Source: Eledone cirrhosa (lineage: Eukaryota). Taken from it: a stretch of DNA of 64,000 bases. Made by a program: the position numbers and the translations under genes. Below the pieces are notes generated by a model. The model made no database searches and was not told the DNA's origin. It saw only the letters and a list, made by a program, of their open reading frames with translations. The stretch lies in assembly GCA_964016885.1 (NCBI GenBank), contig OZ024740.1, forward strand, positions 109,802,001 through 109,866,000, read 5' to 3'. Positions 1-12,748 of this stretch are shown here, piece by piece. The stretch's first letter is position 1, and the number at the start of each line of letters is the position of its first letter.

Positions 1-162
1 ATATATATATATATATTAAAGAGTTAAACAAGATTCAATGAGCATATCAAAGAATGAGTTTTACAGTAGATTGGAAGCACTCTACAGTAAAAATAATTTT
101 CCAGAGTTATTAATATTAAAATACAAATATTAATAAAATAGATGTTCTTTTGATCAATTAAA

Positions 163-213
163 TTTTATTATACATATTTCGGAGGTACAACAGTACGTCC
201 TCATCAGACAAAA
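163..213 (-). ncRNA. Minimal type I hammerhead ribozyme
   Basis: Minus strand UUUUGU CUGAUGA GGACGUAC-UGUU-GUACCUCC GAAA UAUGUA UA^AUAAAA: intact core, 6-bp stem I, stem II and a tiny stem III. The inverted copy at 1723-1762 (+) is truncated just after GAAA. Confidence 0.8.
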
Positions 214-863
214 TATAATGATACATGACATACCCTGAGATGTTAAATGGTTAAGATTTAATCAAGGTAGAAAAATTCAACATTTATAAGAGAAAATTCA
301 ACATTTATACCCTAAAAATGAGAAAATGCGAAAACGTAATAAATTCAATAGAGAATGTGTGAGTAAGAAAAACGTTGGTTAATGTGACAGCTATAGAGAT
401 TCTAAAATGTAGGATACTACAAGTTATGTTTATCGAGGAAAACATCTCATGAATTATAACTGTCCATGGGGGCCGCTGAAAGAGGATTTAAAGAGAGGGA
501 AAGATAAAGGGGAGTAATATATGCAGAAAGAGATTTTTTCCCAAAAGCTAAACGGTTAAGTTTCAAAATATTTAATTTATGTTATTTTAAGGGTGAAGAA
601 TCAAGTATTTTAGTTTTTTTTAAAAGTTGCTGGTTATTTATATTTATTAATTTTATAAATTCTATAAGTGTGTTAACATTTCTAAACTTCAGAATTTTAT
701 GAGGAAAAAATTTAAAGGATTTACCTGGCCAGCGAAAGGAAAATTTACACTGTTGAATATTTTCCTAAATGTAAACTTTAACGAAGATTACCTATAAAAA
801 TGTCAACATTTTCGGTATGTAAAGCTTATGAAGTACTTATTGTTAGAAATATTTAAATAACAA

Positions 864-1061
864 TTATGTATATAGAGATATATTAATGAGCCAGTATATT
901 TTAGTGTTTAATTTAGCAATGTTTGGGGCCATGTTCATAGTTGTAGAATACGAGAATTTAATGGTGTATCTATTAAAAATGGAATGGTATTTATGTTGAG
1001 CAGGAAAAGAGGTGTCCAAAGCATTAAAGAATAATTTTGCAATTGGTGTTCTAACTGTGAT
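864..1061 (-). pseudogene. PLE ORF fragment (post-RT linker)
   Basis: Manual translation ITVRTPIAKLFFNALDTSFPAQHKYHSIFNRYTIKFSYSTTMNMAPNIAKLNTKIYWLINISLYT*; aligns by eye with TFFRALDQSFPPRHKYHKLFNRHTVKLPFSTTPN in the PLE at 6255-6930. Confidence 0.75.
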
Positions 1062-1761
1062 CTATTATTTTATATTCGTTATCATTTACCTAAAATATAC
1101 TGGCTCATTAATATATCTCTATATACATAATTGTTATTTAAATATTTCTAACAATAAGTACTTCATAAGCTTTACATATTCAACAGTGTAAATTTTCCTT
1201 TCGCTGGCCAGGTAAATCCTTTAAATTTTTTCCTCATAAAATTCTGAAGTTTAGAAATGTTAACACACTTATAGAATTTATAAAATTAATAAATATAAAT
1301 AACCAGCAACTTTTAAAAAAAACTAAAATCTTGATTCTTCACCCTTAAAATAACATAAATTAAATATTTTGAAACTTAACCATTTAGCTTTTGGGAAAAA
1401 AATCTCTTTCTGCATATATTACTCCCCTTTATCTTTCCCTCTCTTTAAATCCTCTTTCAGCGGCCCCCATGGACAGTTATAATTCATGAGATTTTTTCCT
1501 CGATAAACATAACTTGTAGTATCCTACATTTTAGAATCTCTATAGCTGTCACATTAACCAACGTTTTTCTTACTCACACATTCTCTATTGAATTTATTAC
1601 GTTTTCGCATTTTCTCATTTTTAGGGTATAAATGTTGAATTTTCTCTTATAAATGTTGAATTTTTCTACCTTGATTAAATCTTAACCATTTAATATCTCA
1701 GGGTATGTCATGTATCATTATATTTTGTCTGATGAGGACGTACTGTTGTATCTCCGAAATA

Positions 1762-1831
<70 letters not shown>

Positions 1832-2059
1832 CCATTTGTTGTGTTTCATCCAATTCCTTGGGAGAGTCAAGTGTTAATGAAGCCTTACCTTCATCATATA
1901 TTTTACACCACTTTTAATGCAAGCTGGTAACATATTTCAGTTGCAATACCTGGCAGAATGAGTTGGGTTTTGAACTCAAAATGTCCACAGATGGATCAGA
2001 TACCTCAAAGCATTCCATCTGATTTTTAATAATTCCAGCAATCTATCCTCACCCTCCTT

Positions 2060-2210
2060 GGACTGGTACTTTAATAATGACTGCCCTACCCTACACCTGA
2101 AAAAATGAATTGCAAACTTGACCATGGCAGGATTTGAACTCTTGAGTGAAGAGAGCCATCAGGAACATATATACCAAAGCTTTTAATCAGACGCACTAAT
2201 GACTCTACCA
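2060..2210 (-). mobile_element. Decayed tRNA-derived SINE
   Basis: actggtactt...ggcaggatttgaactc (reverse B-box), similar to the copies at 8941-9327. Confidence 0.5.
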
Positions 2211-2930
2211 CTTCATCGGAAGGTGGTCGAGGGGTGGGGGGGGGGGCTCTTACACACACACACACATTTATATAGGGAGGGACTTACACACGCACATTAC
2301 ATATATATATATATACACATATAAACAATCTGTTTTGCCTTTATGGCACCAAGAGCTGGGCTTGTAGTTGGGGATGAAGAGATAATAGAACATAGAAGAC
2401 AAAGTCCATATGTTTTACCTTCTTCTTCCATCTTAAACAATTTAGTGAGTTATCACTTGTTCTTATATCCCCCCCCCCTCTTCAATAGCAACACCATTAG
2501 TACCAACACCAACAGCAGCAACAACAATAGCACCACCAACACCAACAATAGCAATAATTACAGCAATAAACTCTGGAAGCCTGGGGTTAGGATTGGGGGC
2601 TAGCTTGGGTTCTAGAAATTGGTCTTTTAATGTTTCACTCACAGCTGCATTAGATTTACTAGATAACTGCCTATATTTGATCATATATATATATATATGT
2701 ATAGAAGAAAAAAGTCTCCCTTCTCCAAGAATGAAAAAAGGAAGATGGAGTGGAAGTGTGTATGTGTGGTGCATGGTGTTGGTGGAGGGGTGAGGATAGG
2801 TTGAAAGTGCATTTCATATCTGTCTTGTAAGGTTTATTGCTATCTGTGATGGATCTATGAATGGGTGATATAATATACTGAATATGTAATATATATATAT
2901 ATATATGTTTGTGTATATATAAATATATAT

Positions 2931-3067
<137 letters not shown>

Positions 3068-3115
3068 TAATATATCTACCAACATATGTATACAGATGCA
3101 TACCTTATTTACGTC

Positions 3116-3175
<60 letters not shown>

Positions 3176-4416
3176 GAAGGGGAAGGGAGTTGGTGTAGAA
3201 TGCAATGGTGAAGGAAGGAGATAGAGAGGCATGTGAAGATAGACAGGATAGGGGTGGGGAGAGGAATAAGAGAATAGAAGTAAAGGAAGCAAGGGGAGGG
3301 GGTAGAGGAATAGTAGCATGAGTGAAGGGTTGGGGTGGGAATGAGTATAGGGAGTAAACAGGCTTGGGGTGGGGAAATTATAACTGCGTAATAAAAAAAA
3401 GTAAAACGAGAGAGAGAGGGGTGAATGGGTGTGTGTGTATGCAGAATATAGAAGTATAAGCACACATACGCATACCCAACAACTCATACAATGCAAATTC
3501 ACATACCCAACAATGCATACAACACACATACACACATACAACACACCTCACACACACACAAAGATTAAAAGAGTTATGGCATTGAATTAAGTGACTTGTA
3601 GATTTATATCAAAGCTGTATGCTGGGGGGGCGATATGGAAGCTGTATTTAGGGTAACAATGATGATGATGATGAATTCAGGGTGGTTGTGTGCATATATT
3701 AAAGATATGCACATGCACACTTGAGTGTATTCAATTTAAATGTGCATAAGTAGAGGGAATCAAAGGGAATACATACATGTGTCAATACACACACACACAC
3801 ATATATATAAACACTTATACACATACACATAAACACATACAGACACAAATATGTGTGTGTGTGTGTATAAAAAAGCTATTTTGTACATTGATCTTATCAA
3901 TGTGGAAACACCAAAAATATTTTAAAAATATAATGATGGTGATAGTGAGATGGTAAAAATAAAGAGGAAATAGGGTGGTGATGCTGCTGCTGATGGTGGT
4001 GGTTAGCATTAGCCTCTTCATCATCATCATCATCACCAGCTATGATAAATATATATTTAGCAAAACAAAATAGTAATATATATATATATATATATATATG
4101 TAGATAAATCTACCAAAATATACGGTAGTGTCCAATCCGTATGAAGAACTCAATGTAATCCAAATATCATGAAAAGAGAAGATGCATTCAAAAATTTTCA
4201 ATAAAAATCATAGGAAAACAGAGTCAAGATAAATTAATAAAAACAATGAAATAAAAACAAAGAACAAGTTCCTTATATTAAAAAATTCATCATTTTAGAG
4301 ATCGTTTCTGGGATGTATATGTGTGTTGGTATGTATATCATATAGATCTATGTAAAAATATTGCAAATTATCAGAGGAAATATACATACCTTCACATATA
4401 CATGCTGTCTTCAGAA

Positions 4417-4450
<34 letters not shown>

Positions 4451-4693
4451 ATGCACCAAATACACTCTAAAGTTTAGTGCTAGTGCAATGATAAAAGGCA
4501 TCCATTACACTCTGTAAAGGGTTTGATAACATGAAGGGCATCTCACTATGTAGGCTCCTGTCTGATCTTGGTCCATGACTAACTGTTCAACCCAAGCTAG
4601 CATAGAAAAAATGGATGTTCAATGATGATGATGATATATTGATTATTTTTCAATTTTCTGTTGTTAAAGGGGTGTTATGCATCTCCGTCGCGC

Positions 4694-5652
4694 TCTTATA
4701 ATATCTGTCTGTATGCCTGGCTGTCTGCATTACGACATTCTGACGAACATTGATGACATATTATGTTCGCTATTTTCTGTTCATTGCCAGAGAACGTCTT
4801 CACGAACCAAAGTATCATCTTCCTGTTTTCCTTCGGTTGCTACGTTTTTTGAAATATTTACTTTTGCATTCACAGATTGATCTTTTAGTTTCAGAAGATC
4901 CCGTTAAGGGTGAAAGCAGCGATTCTTTGCTTAAACTTTAATCTTTTATTTTAATATATAATATAAGCAAGGCAAGCCAGCCCAGTTGCACTTCTTGCTT
5001 GCCAATAAACATTAACCCTTTGTGCGCCATTCATCTAACTGTAGACCAACAAATACCAACTAAATGGAGCGTTGACAAGAACGATGGCGAATGAATCTTC
5101 GAGGTAAGCAGTTTCCTCCCGAGCTGTTAGTTAACGCGGGATTCTCTGCTACACCTTTTCGTAATAATATCGAACAACGTACTGCTGGTCACTCCTCCAA
5201 AAGCCATACAAAGCGGACATGTGCATCGAGTAGATGGATTGGGTGCAAATCTACACCTATGCGAGAAATTCGCAAGGGACTGCACAGACAGGGATAGAGA
5301 GAAAGAGTAACTTAGTGGAAAGTGTGCGAATGAACTTTTGAGGTAAGTAGCCTACGCCTTACTGCTATGACAGTGGAACCTTCTGCCAACTTAACCTGTG
5401 ACTTTACTTTCACATTTACTCCAAAAGGCCAAAAGAGAGGAGTATGAAAAGAAGGGGCTCAACAATATTTCTATGAACAATGCACGTAGACAGTTAAACT
5501 GTACTTTCAATTTCTTAATTTTCTCCAAATGAAACACGTTTCCTGTCGGTATATTTTCTTGAGGTTTTAAGAGGCACTCACAAATAAACGTTTCTCATTG
5601 GAGGTGCTATTACCAATGTTCTTACCCGTGCAACGCCGGGATACACTGCTAC
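4694..5652 (+). mobile_element. Probable non-autonomous Helitron
   Basis: Starts TC followed by a (CTGT)-like tract; ends with a GC-rich hairpin cccgtgcaacgccggg about 8 nt before CTAC (degenerate CTAG). No TIRs, no Rep/helicase ORF. Confidence 0.5.
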
Positions 5653-5766
5653 TACATATATATATATAATAATCTATTATGCCTATAGAAATGATTTCTA
5701 CAGGGCTAGAAATGCTTCATTTTTTAACTGTGGTTACCCCCAACACAACTTAGGAATCTACATATT

Positions 5767-6022
5767 CATCATCATCAACACTGTTTAACGTCCATCTTCC
5801 ATGCTAGCATGGGTTAGACGATTTTGCTCCATTTGATGCAGGATTGATCAGGAGACCATGTCTCGCTCATACAAAACTGTCTCTGGCAGATTTTCTATGG
5901 CTGGATGCTGATATATATATCGTGTATATCCACACTGTAAAGTGGTCGTGTAGGAGGCACGGTAAAAAGGTTCCCAGTCCACACTGTAAATGTGGTTGGT
6001 GTTAGGAAGAGCATCCAGCTGT
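5767..6022 (-). mobile_element. RTE-related 3' fragment / non-autonomous element with (GAT)n tail
   Basis: catcatcatc...gtttaacgtccatcttccatgctagcatgggttagac tail on the minus strand; a piece of the ccacactgtaaatgtggttggtgttaggaag module follows in the opposite orientation. Confidence 0.55.
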
Positions 6023-6039
6023 AGTATATATGTATAAAT

Positions 6040-6070
<31 letters not shown>

Positions 6071-6082
6071 GTATATACATAT

Positions 6083-6930
6083 AGTTGTACGTTGTACATG
6101 GTTGTACATATTCTGTGTGGAGCTGGCATGTAGGTTGTTGTGTTGTGTTGTGTGTATTGTTTCATTCTGGGTTGTGCTAGTGGTTGGTTGTGGTGCTCTC
6201 ATGTGTTTGCGTATTTTTGTCCTATTTGTGTGTGCTATTGTGTTGCCTATATATATACATTCCGTACTCCATACACGTTGCCACCAATATACCGGGAACC
6301 TTCTTCAGAGCTCTTGACCAATCCTTCCCACCCAGACATAAATACCACAAGCTCTTTAATAGACACACTGTCAAACTCCCTTTCTCCACAACACCAAATC
6401 TAGGCGACACAATGGCACACACAAATAGGACAAAAATACGCAAACACATGAGAGCACCACAACCAACCACTAGCACAACACAGAACGAAACAATACACAC
6501 AACACAATACAACAACCTACATGCCAGCTCCACACAGAATACGTACAACCGACAACGTAGCAACAAACCCATAACCCCCAACTGCAACTGCAAAAGGCGG
6601 GTGGAATGACTACTAAACGGAGAGTGCCTCGTTAAAAACATTGTCTACCGGTGCGATGTCACAGCGGGCCAAAAAGAGTACTTCTACATAGGGGCAACAT
6701 CGACTACATTTAAGGAACACTGGTATAACCACAAAAGCTCCTTCAAACACAGGCCCAAACGATCCCAGACAAGACTGGCGGACCTGATCTGGAACCTCAA
6801 AGACAAGAACTTGGAATACCAGATCAAGTGATCAGTTAAAAGACGTGTGGCACATCTCCCCAATGACAAAAACCACTGCAGATTATGCCTGGCTGAAGCG
6901 GCGGAGATCATTAAATTGAAATCGGCCATA
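6083..6930 (+). mobile_element. Penelope-like element fragment (linker plus GIY-YIG endonuclease) with inverted 5' duplication
   Basis: Frame from ~6255 reads ...CNCKRRVE*LLNGECLVKNIVYRCDV...YFYIGAT..TFKEHWYNHKSSF...CRLCLAE, with two in-frame stops. 6101-6248 is the reverse complement of 6402-6550. Confidence 0.85.
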
Positions 6931-6949
6931 AACTATATATATATATATG

Positions 6950-7180
6950 TGTCTGATGGTAGCTAAGATGCTTCCATAGGCGGTATGCCGGTTGAGCACA
7001 CTAGAGCAGAGTATGATAGAATAAAAAACAAAAATCAGTGATGCATCTGAACTCAATTTATTGTGTTTTACAATTGTTTCCCCGGCGGACAGCTTGAGAC
7101 GCGATCATTGTGTGGATCTGTCTGATTCTGGGCCCGCAGGTTTGATGGACACGTCTAATAATTTTGGAGCATATTCTCTC
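6950..7180 (-). mobile_element. Possible PLE 3' terminus (hammerhead 3' half only)
   Basis: Minus strand GAAAC-AATT-GTA followed by atactctgct, a string shared with the 11.7-kb element. No CUGANGA found. Confidence 0.35.
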
Positions 7181-7835
7181 ACATATATACTATATGCACA
7201 CACACACTTACACTCACAATGGGTTTTGTATACTTTTAGTCTACCAAATTCATTCCCATGGCATCAACCGACCTGAAGCTATTGTACTTGCCTATGTTGC
7301 CACATGGTGGAACAGAATATAAGACCAGGTGGGGGCAAACCAAACTTCTTAACCACATATCATTGCCTGAGTGAGAATATTTTTCTTTGTGCAAACGTCA
7401 TATTATTTGAAACACCATTAGCGAATGTGATGCAGCATGATAGTGAGACATTGGCATAGAATATGGAGAAGTGGAGGAAACTGCAGTGGTTAGAGAGAAA
7501 TAAGTAGAAATTGAATATATGCATTATCAAGGTGCATGAAAGAAAGACAGCAGGTGAAGTGAACAAGCAGCTGCACATTAGATGTATTGACAGGTGTGTG
7601 CAAGAAATGAAGCTGTGTTAGTATGGATATTTGGTGTAAATAAATGAAACATACTGTCTGTAAAAATGGCTCATGCTGCCTGTGAAATATATTTGTAGCA
7701 ACAGTATACAAATACATACACACTCAATTCCAGCATACCAAAAGGCCTTACCTCCATATATATATAAAGTCATCACCACCACCACCATTGTTTAACATAC
7801 ATTTTTCCATGCTAGCATGGGTTATATATATTATA

Positions 7836-8905
7836 AAGAGTTGGGACCCAATAGCTGAGCTCTTGCCGTTTCAACAGCTAGTTCCAGACTGTTCGCCAAT
7901 GGGCTTGGCAGTTAATTCGGTGAATTTCAGACAATTCTTTGATTAGGATGATCTGCTGTTAGGTCTAATGCTAATTCTATAGACCTGTTGTCTATGGAAT
8001 AACGATGCCTGGTGAATAGAGCAGGTGCGAAAGCAATATAATGTTATTTTTGGTGAGAAACTCAATGAACGTCCTCCCTCAAACACCTTAAAACTTTGCA
8101 GTAGAACTCTTGTTTGACAGTCTGGCCCTGGGGAAGGAATTCCTGATGCACAATACCATAATACCATAGATGTTGAAAAAAATGATGCTCTTGATTCAGC
8201 TGTAGCTCTGTCGTGCCTTCTTCAGTCAGGGAGATGAAGGGCTTTTTCAATGTGTCGACTGTTGCTTCGTCCCAGACTCGTACCCGTAGACTAACTTTTG
8301 TTATCAGAGATGATCCTTAATATAAAGGATGGGTCATCAGTGGCATGATGATGGAGATCTTGACAGACTTCAACGCGATGTTCTTTCTGCTCAGTCGTCA
8401 GCAGGTGAGGGACAAACTTGGCAGCGACATGCCGCATGTTCAATTCAGATGTTAGGATTGCCTGCACAGACCCACACAGCAGACCAACAACATCGTTGAT
8501 TGTCCTCCGACGATCCTCATGTATGAGCTGATTAATTTTCAACTCATTTCCGGGAGTGATGCTCGTGGCAGGTCTCCCAGATCGCTCGTCATCTTCCAGG
8601 GTTGTTCTTCCATTTTTGAAGCGCCCGTGCAACTCGAAACATTGTGTACAACGCATTGCCTTGTCATCGTAAGCTTGCTGAAGCATGCTCAATGTCTCTG
8701 TAGCAGACTTCCCAAGTTGAATGCAAAATCGAAGGCTACAGCATACACATGATCACAAAAACACAAATTTCACAACTTGCGAAGCAAACACAGTGATGTC
8801 ACTTGGCACACTGGCATGTGAAGATCACTGCTAGCTTTCACTGTGTACACAACTGTGTGTTACCATCTGTTGGCATGCTGCAGAAACCTTTTGATACCAA
8901 CATGC
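7836..8905 (-). mobile_element. Decayed mariner transposon (transposase pseudogene)
   Basis: ORFs 8291-8692 and 8062-8250 contain GRFKNGRTTLEDDERSGRP, AKFVPHLLT (WVPHEL motif) and GIVHQEFLPQGQTV; frameshifted. Ends uncertain. Confidence 0.85.
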
Positions 8906-8929
8906 ATATTATGGTATTTTTAATACATA

Positions 8930-9327
8930 TTCTTATAATAATTGTTTCTACTTTAGGCACAAGGCCAGCAATTACCCAGTGCATTACTGGTACTTTATTT
9001 TATCGACCCCGTAAGGATGAAAGGCAAAGTCAACCTCGGCGGGATTTGAACTCAGATCGTAAAGGGACGTAACTATGCTGGAAAGCATGGTGTCTGACCC
9101 TCTACCGATACTGCCAATCCACCGCCCTCATATTCTTATAATAATTGTTTCTACTTTAGGCACAAGGCCAGCAACTACCCAGTACATTACTGGTACTTTA
9201 TTTTATCGACCCCGTAAGGATGAAAGGCAAAGTTAACCTCGGCGGGATTTGAACTCAGACTGTAAAGGGACGTAACTATGCTAGAAAGCATGGCGTCCAA
9301 CCCTCTACCGATACTGCCAATTCACCG
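8930..9327 (-). mobile_element. Two tandem copies (~200 bp each) of a tRNA-derived SINE
   Basis: Near-identical direct repeats at 8930-9127 and 9132-9327; minus-strand B-box gagttcaaatcc and core ctttcatccttacggggtcgataaaataaagtaccag. Other copies at ~21131-21250, 49985-50130, 55620-55690, 59085-59270 and 59965-60280. Confidence 0.75.
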
Positions 9328-9568
9328 ATATATATATATATATATATTAACAGTTCTATATGAGCAAGACTTGACCCGACTTGCTTCAAATGGGACAACC
9401 CCTCTAACTCATGCTAGAGTGGAAAATAGATGTTAAATGATGATGATGATGATATATATATATGTATATGATGGCTGCCCCCTCGTTATCGGGTATGGCT
9501 ATTGCACAAGGAGAAAAAAAAAAAATTAATAAATAAATAAAAAATAAAATAAAAAGAAAAAAGAAAAG

Positions 9569-9620
<52 letters not shown>

Positions 9621-9798
9621 ATATACATCTATACACACATATATATATATATATACACACACACATACATTAATAACAATAATAATAATAATAATAACAA
9701 CAATAATAATGACAACAACAATAATAATATACATACACATACACACATACATGCACACACATAAACATATCTATACACACACACACACACGATAGCAA

Positions 9799-11290
9799 CT
9801 AACAGCGCTGCGATCGAATGTGGCTTTTTAGCCCAGCCAATGATCTAAAATGTCTTGCACAGAGTCGGCAACCAAAACATTCACTGAGAATAGTCGGTTG
9901 TGGTTGGAGTTTGTGTACTTTTGCATGTCGCGTGAGCCCTCCTTCTGATTTACATTCTCTACCACATGTTTGGCAAGCATGATGAGTAGCATCTCCAACA
10001 GCAGCCTGGTAGTCAACCACTGGTCTTACTTTATGACTGCGAAGATGACTTTCGAGTCTCGCGCAGACGCTGCATGTCAGCACTATAGGAGGACCCTCAC
10101 CATCTGGAAGTGCAACGGCAATGCCCTTCCTCACATCCCGCTTTACTTTCTTGTATGCGATTCGAGATGCCTCAAAGGCAACTTTTCCCTCATTACGATC
10201 AGCAGCAATATTTTCCCATGTATCAGCAAAGATGTTAGTGTCTTTCAAAGAGGCTTTCAAGGAATCCTTATACCTCTTTTTTGGTTTATGTGGCGGTCGT
10301 TTTCCTTTAACGAACTCTCCATAAAAGAGTTGTTTTGGTATTCTAGAATCCTACATCCTGGCAAGGTGACCACTCCAACGGAGTCGTTGCTTAAGCACAA
10401 GAGCTTCTATACTGTCACACATAGAGCTTTCCAAAATCTCGACATCACTGATGTGGTCCCTCCAGTGAACGCCATGGATCCATCTGAGACACATCTGATG
10501 GAAACGCTCCAATTGCTTAAGGTGGTGTCGATATGTGACCCAGGTCTCGCAGGCATAAAGAAGACAAGAGAGCACACATGCCTTGTACACCTTTACCTTT
10601 GTCCTCCTGCATATGTCTCGCCGACCCCAGAGTCACCTTTCTAGCTTTCCGAAAGCATCGCTTGCTTTCCTAATCCTAAGTGAGATTTCACTGTCAAGGT
10701 TGCTGTATCGATTGACAGTGCTTCCCAGGTAGACAAACTGATCAACCACTCTAAGTCGTTTACCATACACATAGATATTTGGTTTAGTGTACTGCTTACC
10801 AGGGGCAGGTTGGTACATGATGACGGTTTTCTTGAGACTGACAGTCAATCCTAGGGCAGTGCAAGCGTCAGAAAATGCATTCAAAATGTGCTGCATATCA
10901 CTCTCTGTGTGCGCTACAAGATCGCAATCATCTGCATACAAGAGGTCTCTTATTATTGATGTAAATACTTTTGTCTTTGCAGCAAAGCGCCTGATGTTAA
11001 ATATGCTGCCTGAGGTTTGATATCGGATGTAAACACCATGCTCGCAATTCCTGAATGCAATACAGAAAACCATTGCAAAGTATATGGCAAACAGGGTCGG
11101 TGCTGGAATATCCCCCTGTTTCACTCCATTTTTTACTGAGATAGGCTCTGATGTGTTACCTCCGACATTAACCCAAGCCTTCATGTCGTCATGGAAAGAC
11201 CTAACTAAAGCAAGGAACTTATCAGGGCAACCAAGTTTCTGGAGAACCTTCCATAATGCATCTGTTAACAGTATCGAAAGCTTTTGTCAG
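9799..11290 (-). mobile_element. 5'-truncated RTE (BovB-like) LINE: RT with C-terminal C2H2 fingers, frameshifted
   Basis: GVKQGDIPAPTLF, DLLYADDC, FVYLGS, LLYACETW, RLRWSGHLARM in ORFs 10633-11184 and 10351-10590; CxxC...HxxxH motifs in ORF 9799-10260. Confidence 0.9.
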
Positions 11291-11294
11291 ATCG

Positions 11295-11374
<80 letters not shown>

Positions 11375-11725
11375 CATACATACATACATACACACATGTT
11401 TATCATTTATCAAGTTTGGCCATAATAAGGAAGAAAAAAAAATATGTATATAACTTTGATAGGTTTTCGGCCAGTATTGGCCCAGGCCATGTCTAACTTA
11501 AAAGCACCACATAAATTATAATTTTTAAAATAATTGTACACTACTTTTTCACACTTGCACCACCGCTACAACAACCTACTATGTTCTTAAATACACACAC
11601 ATACACATGTAAAGTAGGTGTGACGGTCAGATTGATTGAGGAAAATAGTTCAATGTATTTCTACATATCATCATCATCATCATCATCATATATGTATGCA
11701 TATATAACAAATATATATATATATA

Positions 11726-11906
11726 AGTTATTCCGGGTTGAATCAGGAGTAACCACAGTAAGTAAGGTACTCAATACATAGCAGAGTATAAATGTTTTAA
11801 TATAAAAGAGCTTCTACAGGACTAGAACTGTTTCATTCGTGAGAAATCATCAGGAAGCCCTGATGATTTCTCATGAATGAAACAGTTCTAGTCCTGTAGA
11901 AGTTCT
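11726..11906 (-). mobile_element. Short PLE-terminus fold-back with hammerhead-like core
   Basis: Arms 11807-11854 and 11859-11906; CUGAUGA-uuucucacgaau-GAAAC; bulged hairpin at 11769-11787; (TA)n flanks. Confidence 0.6.
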
Positions 11907-12126
11907 ATATATATATATCCAACCCATGCAAGCAAGGAAAAGCAAACATCATGATGATGATGATGATATATATATATATTAATGATATATATATTGAGCA
12001 AGACAAGGTCAGTCGACCTAACATTGTCCACAACAGGACAACCTGTCTAACCCATGCTAGCGTGGAAGAATCAACGTAAAATGGTGGTGGTGATGATGGT
12101 GATGATGATGATGATGATGATGTATG

Positions 12127-12179
<53 letters not shown>

Positions 12180-12194
12180 GGAGAGAGAGCTAGT

Positions 12195-12715
12195 TATATA
12201 AAAGTGGCCATTTTGGAGCTATGACGAAATGCGGTCAGGTCACACTGGTGACATGATAAAAAGATCTCAGTTCACACTGAAAAGCAGTCCTTTTGGTGCT
12301 ATGACAAAATGTGCCCAGTCCATACTGTTAAGTGGTCATTTTGGTGCTATGACAAAATGCACCCAATACTCACTGTAAAGTGGTCATGTTGGTCACACAA
12401 TAAAAAACACCCATTCCACACTGTAAAGTGGTCACTTTGGTGACACGACCACATGCCCCCAGTCCACACTGTAAATTGGTCGTTTTGGTGACACTATAAA
12501 AGGTAACCATCCATGCTGTAAAATTGTCATTTTGGTGCCATGATAAAAGGCATCCAGTCCAACAGTAAATGTGGTTGGTACTAGGAAGGGCATTGAGCCA
12601 TAGAAATCAAGCCAGAAACAGTTCTGTATGAGCAAGACTTTTCTCACAATGGGATAACTTGTCTAACCCATGCTAGCATGGAAAAATAGATGTTAAACAG
12701 TGATGATGATGATGA
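12195..12715 (+). mobile_element. Non-autonomous RTE-derived element with about 8 tandem ~45-bp modules and (GAT)n tail
   Basis: Repeats of cccagtccacactgtaaagtggtc(a/g)ttttggtg, then aggaagggcat...aacccatgctagcatggaaaa...(gat)n. Confidence 0.65.
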
Positions 12716-12748
12716 TATAAATATATGTTTGTGTATGTGCATATTATA

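Larger units (their letters stand above)
17..1765 (-). mobile_element. Penelope-like element remnant, head-to-head fold-back (arms ~176-903 and ~1091-1763), with hammerhead ribozyme
   Basis: Long inverted repeat; the right arm has a ~57-bp deletion and a few substitutions. Minus strand 1061-864 translates to a PLE post-RT segment, a hammerhead lies at 163-213, and (TA)n flanks both sides. Confidence 0.8.

Noticed and set aside
6607-6609. In-frame TGA at an expected Cys of the PLE zinc-binding linker (possible selenocysteine, as in some PLE clades)
   Set aside because: A second TGA falls at an expected Trp (~6829), the adjacent conserved Pro also appears mutated, and no SECIS was seen; ordinary decay is simpler.
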